54,714 nucleotides of DNA from Candidatus Saccharimonadota bacterium (lineage in GTDB: Bacteria > Patescibacteriota > Saccharimonadia > Saccharimonadales > Saccharimonadaceae), in the NCBI GenBank assembly GCA_027492975.1, contig JAPUDS010000022.1, forward strand, positions 1 through 54,714. The letters are read 5' to 3'. Every line of letters begins with the position of its first letter. The first letter of the stretch is position 1. A program made the translations under genes and the position numbers. The notes beneath the pieces were generated by a model. The model was not told where the DNA came from. It saw only the letters and a program-made list of their open reading frames with translations, and did no database searches. This document shows, piece after piece, positions 53,034 to 54,714 of the stretch.

Positions 53034-53587
53034 CTCGTCACTAATTTAGTTACCTCAAACGACCCATCCAAGAACTTTTGAACCTGCGTTTTTACGAGCG
53101 GCATGACAGTTTCCGAAAGGACAGTCCTTTCGGAAGGGGTGAATTTGGCAAGGACGAAGTCGGCTGCGTCCATGTGTTCGGTACGCTCATTTCGTGTGCC
53201 GATACGGAGGCGTTTCGTGGTATGTCCAAGGTGAGCGTTGAGGGATTTTATACCGTTATTTCCGGCGTCACTCCCCTTTTCGCGTGTTCGGATCGTGCCG
53301 AACGGCAGTGCGAGTTCGTCGTGGATGATCAGTATGTTTTCTGGTGGGATTTTGTAAAAATCAGCAAGCGCCCGGACCGCTTCGCCGACTAAGTTGTAGT
53401 ATGTCGTTGGTTTGACGAGTAGTGCGGTTTTATCCGGTAGCTCGGCGACGAGAGCTTTAAATTTACTCTTCGACTCCCACTTCAGACCTTCTGCCGCTGC
53501 AAATTCATCGACGATAAAAAAGCCGGTGTTATGCCGAGTACCGTCATATCTTTTCTCTGGGTTGCCGAGGCCGACGATGAGTTTCAT
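53030..53587 (-). CDS. pth: Peptidyl-tRNA hydrolase
   Basis: MKLIVGLGNPEKRYDGTRHNTGF, ILIIHDELALPFG..R....GS.AG.NG..S. Confidence 0.93.
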   Translation of the reverse strand: MKLIVGLGNPEKRYDGTRHNTGFFIVDEFAAAEGLKWESKSKFKALVAELPDKTALLVKPTTYYNLVGEAVRALADFYKIPPENILIIHDELALPFGTIRTREKGSDAGNNGIKSLNAHLGHTTKRLRIGTRNERTEHMDAADFVLAKFTPSERTVLSETVMPLVKTQVQKFLDGSFEVTKLVTS

Positions 53588-53644
53588 AGTACTAAGTGTA
53601 GCATTTTTCGGTACCCCAGGGGATGAAAATCAAGCAGAGCGTCA

Positions 53645-53653
53645 TGGTATAAT
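53645..53653 (+). promoter_or_regulatory. Extended -10 element TGGTATAAT, ending 7 nt before the ATG at 53661 (leaderless transcript predicted)
   Basis: TGGTATAAT at 53645-53653. There is no SD sequence between it and the ATG. Confidence 0.45.
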
Positions 53654-53660
53654 CTCACGT

Positions 53661-54338
53661 ATGAACACAGGATCAAAAGATACGGGTAAGGCGGCGCGCT
53701 TCCGACGTTCGCGGTTGACCGATGTGCTGTGGGGTATCGCCACGGTTGCTCTAGTTGTAGGGATTATCGGTAGTATCGTATGGACGGTTGTTAGCATACC
53801 CGGAGATGTTGTGAAGAAGCAAGAACTGAGGGCGCATGGTGTGCAAACGTCGGCGGTTGTTATCAATACATGGCAAGGGTTTTTCGCCCGGGATTATGGG
53901 CTGGCCGGAGTGTCGCATAACGTTAGCTATCGCTTCGAGTATACGGATGGTGATGGCGGCACAAATACATACACACAAAGCGGCATAGAAGTGAGCCCGG
54001 GTGCCTTTAGTCAGTTGGCTATCGGCGGTGAGATACCCGTGTATTACCTGGCGTCCGACCCTGCGATCAATGTGCCTGCGAGCGAAATAGATAGTCTTGC
54101 GCGCGATGTCCACCGAACTGCGCGGCTCATCATACTGTTTACCATGTGGATCATAATGTGTGTTGGTATAGTGATAGTGTATAACAGACTGGCGCCTAAG
54201 CTCAAAAAATATCGATCCCGCAAAAGTAAGGTGGACGTACCAGTTATTTTTCTCCTAGGCTCGGTGACGGCAGCGTTGCTGATAAGCTATGCGCTCTCGT
54301 TTCCTCTCATGGATATGATAGAAAAAGCTGTTATGTAG
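53661..54338 (+). CDS. Membrane protein with DUF3592-like architecture (TM, beta domain, 2 TM)
   Basis: TM VLWGIATVALVVGIIGSIVWTVV, a soluble segment ...VSYRFEYTDGDG....GGEIPVYYLASDP, then two C-terminal TMs. Confidence 0.45.
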   Translation: MNTGSKDTGKAARFRRSRLTDVLWGIATVALVVGIIGSIVWTVVSIPGDVVKKQELRAHGVQTSAVVINTWQGFFARDYGLAGVSHNVSYRFEYTDGDGGTNTYTQSGIEVSPGAFSQLAIGGEIPVYYLASDPAINVPASEIDSLARDVHRTARLIILFTMWIIMCVGIVIVYNRLAPKLKKYRSRKSKVDVPVIFLLGSVTAALLISYALSFPLMDMIEKAVM

Positions 54339-54495
54339 GCTCTTGCTCTCTCCTCCCCTTGACACCCCCTCCGGGGGGGGGGTACCATAAAAGTAACAAT
54401 AAGCACTAGTACAATCACCTTGCTTATCGGTATGAGACACATTACTTTTCATAAGGAGGAACCAACAATACCATGACAAGACTACCCACCCCAGG
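54339..54495 (+). repeat. Copy 2 of the promoter-leader-start cassette
   Basis: Bases 54383-54495 are identical to 28760-28872. The upstream part is near-identical and includes TTGACA and G10. Confidence 0.9.
54359..54388 (+). promoter_or_regulatory. Second copy of the TTGACA-18 nt-TACCAT promoter with a G10 tract (54373-54382) in the spacer
   Basis: TTGACA at 54359-54364, spacer CCCCCTCC+G10, TACCAT at 54383-54388. Confidence 0.55.
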
Positions 54496-54714
54496 CTCTG
54501 ATGCCGGTGCATGGGGTCAAATCCTCAACGACTATCTCTCAACTACCCATAAACAAGACGGTACTCTCAAAGACAATGTCGTCGGTAGTGCTCAACTCCA
54601 AGACAACGCTATAACAACTACTCAACTAGCAGATGATACCGTCACAGAGTCTAACTTAGCTCCTGAAGTAGTAGATAAACTAAACACTCCTCCCTCCTGG
54701 ACAGACCTTACCGA
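54473..54714 (+). CDS. 5' part (runs off the window) of a paralog of the 28850 surface-protein gene
   Basis: MTRLPTPGSDAGAWGQILNDYLSTTHKQDGTLKDN...LAPEVVDKLN compares with MTRLPTPGQDAGAWGQILNDYLSAAHKADGTLKDN...LAPEVVDKLN in the 28850 gene. Open to the window end. Confidence 0.75.
   Translation, partial: MTRLPTPGSDAGAWGQILNDYLSTTHKQDGTLKDNVVGSAQLQDNAITTTQLADDTVTESNLAPEVVDKLNTPPSWTDLT

Noticed and set aside
1-54714. Search for tRNA, rRNA, transposase/integrase genes and prophage structural genes
   Set aside because: I saw no T-arm/acceptor-like sequences in the intergenic regions, no rRNA-like stretches, and no DDE or tyrosine/serine recombinase motifs in any ORF. The GC-rich islets therefore lack an obvious mobility gene.

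Overview
54.7-kb gene-dense bacterial chromosomal window. Spot counts give a background G+C of about 45-50%. The gene content suggests a reduced-genome monoderm-type lineage, plausibly Patescibacteria/CPR (Saccharibacteria-like); this taxonomic guess is inference only.

Core genes recognised from protein motifs:
- FtsX tail, PcsB-like CHAP hydrolase and S41 Ctp peptidase
- rpmA, xseA-xseB, recO, glyQS, a tyrA-like gene and an FKBP isomerase
- a sensor-less histidine kinase plus receiver-only regulators
- a Pif1-like helicase, SDR, S51 peptidase, GH1, yvcK-like and galU-like genes
- a compact dcw cluster, mraZ-rsmH-ftsL-ftsI-mraY-ftsW-murG-ftsQ, with no Mur ligases and no ftsA/ftsZ
- a membrane-anchored TraD/VirD4-like ATPase, topA, dprA, zur-zupT and pth

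No rRNA, tRNA, CRISPR array, transposase or integrase was recognised.

Most interesting observations:
1. A promoter-leader-N-terminus cassette occurs twice (28.7 kb and 54.3 kb) upstream of paralogous surface-protein genes. One paralog carries about fourteen 14-residue SHAEG repeats. Each copy has a G10 tract exactly in the -35/-10 spacer, which is a candidate phase-variation switch, and the complete paralog also carries a 1-nt frameshift.
2. A roughly 320-nt ORF-free, hairpin-rich segment between dprA and a GC-rich orphan gene has a near-consensus promoter and an intrinsic terminator. It is a candidate unclassified ncRNA.
3. The gene pairs recO|glyQS and dprA|topA, which are adjacent in other bacteria, are split by orphan-gene islands. 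Several orphan genes sit in islets of about 60-65% G+C.
4. A 40-nt repeat family lies just upstream of three promoters.
5. A 660-bp AT-rich non-coding gap at the truncated end of the dcw cluster is bracketed by 21-bp direct repeats.
6. Tandem repeats of 7 nt and 9 nt lie inside coding regions.
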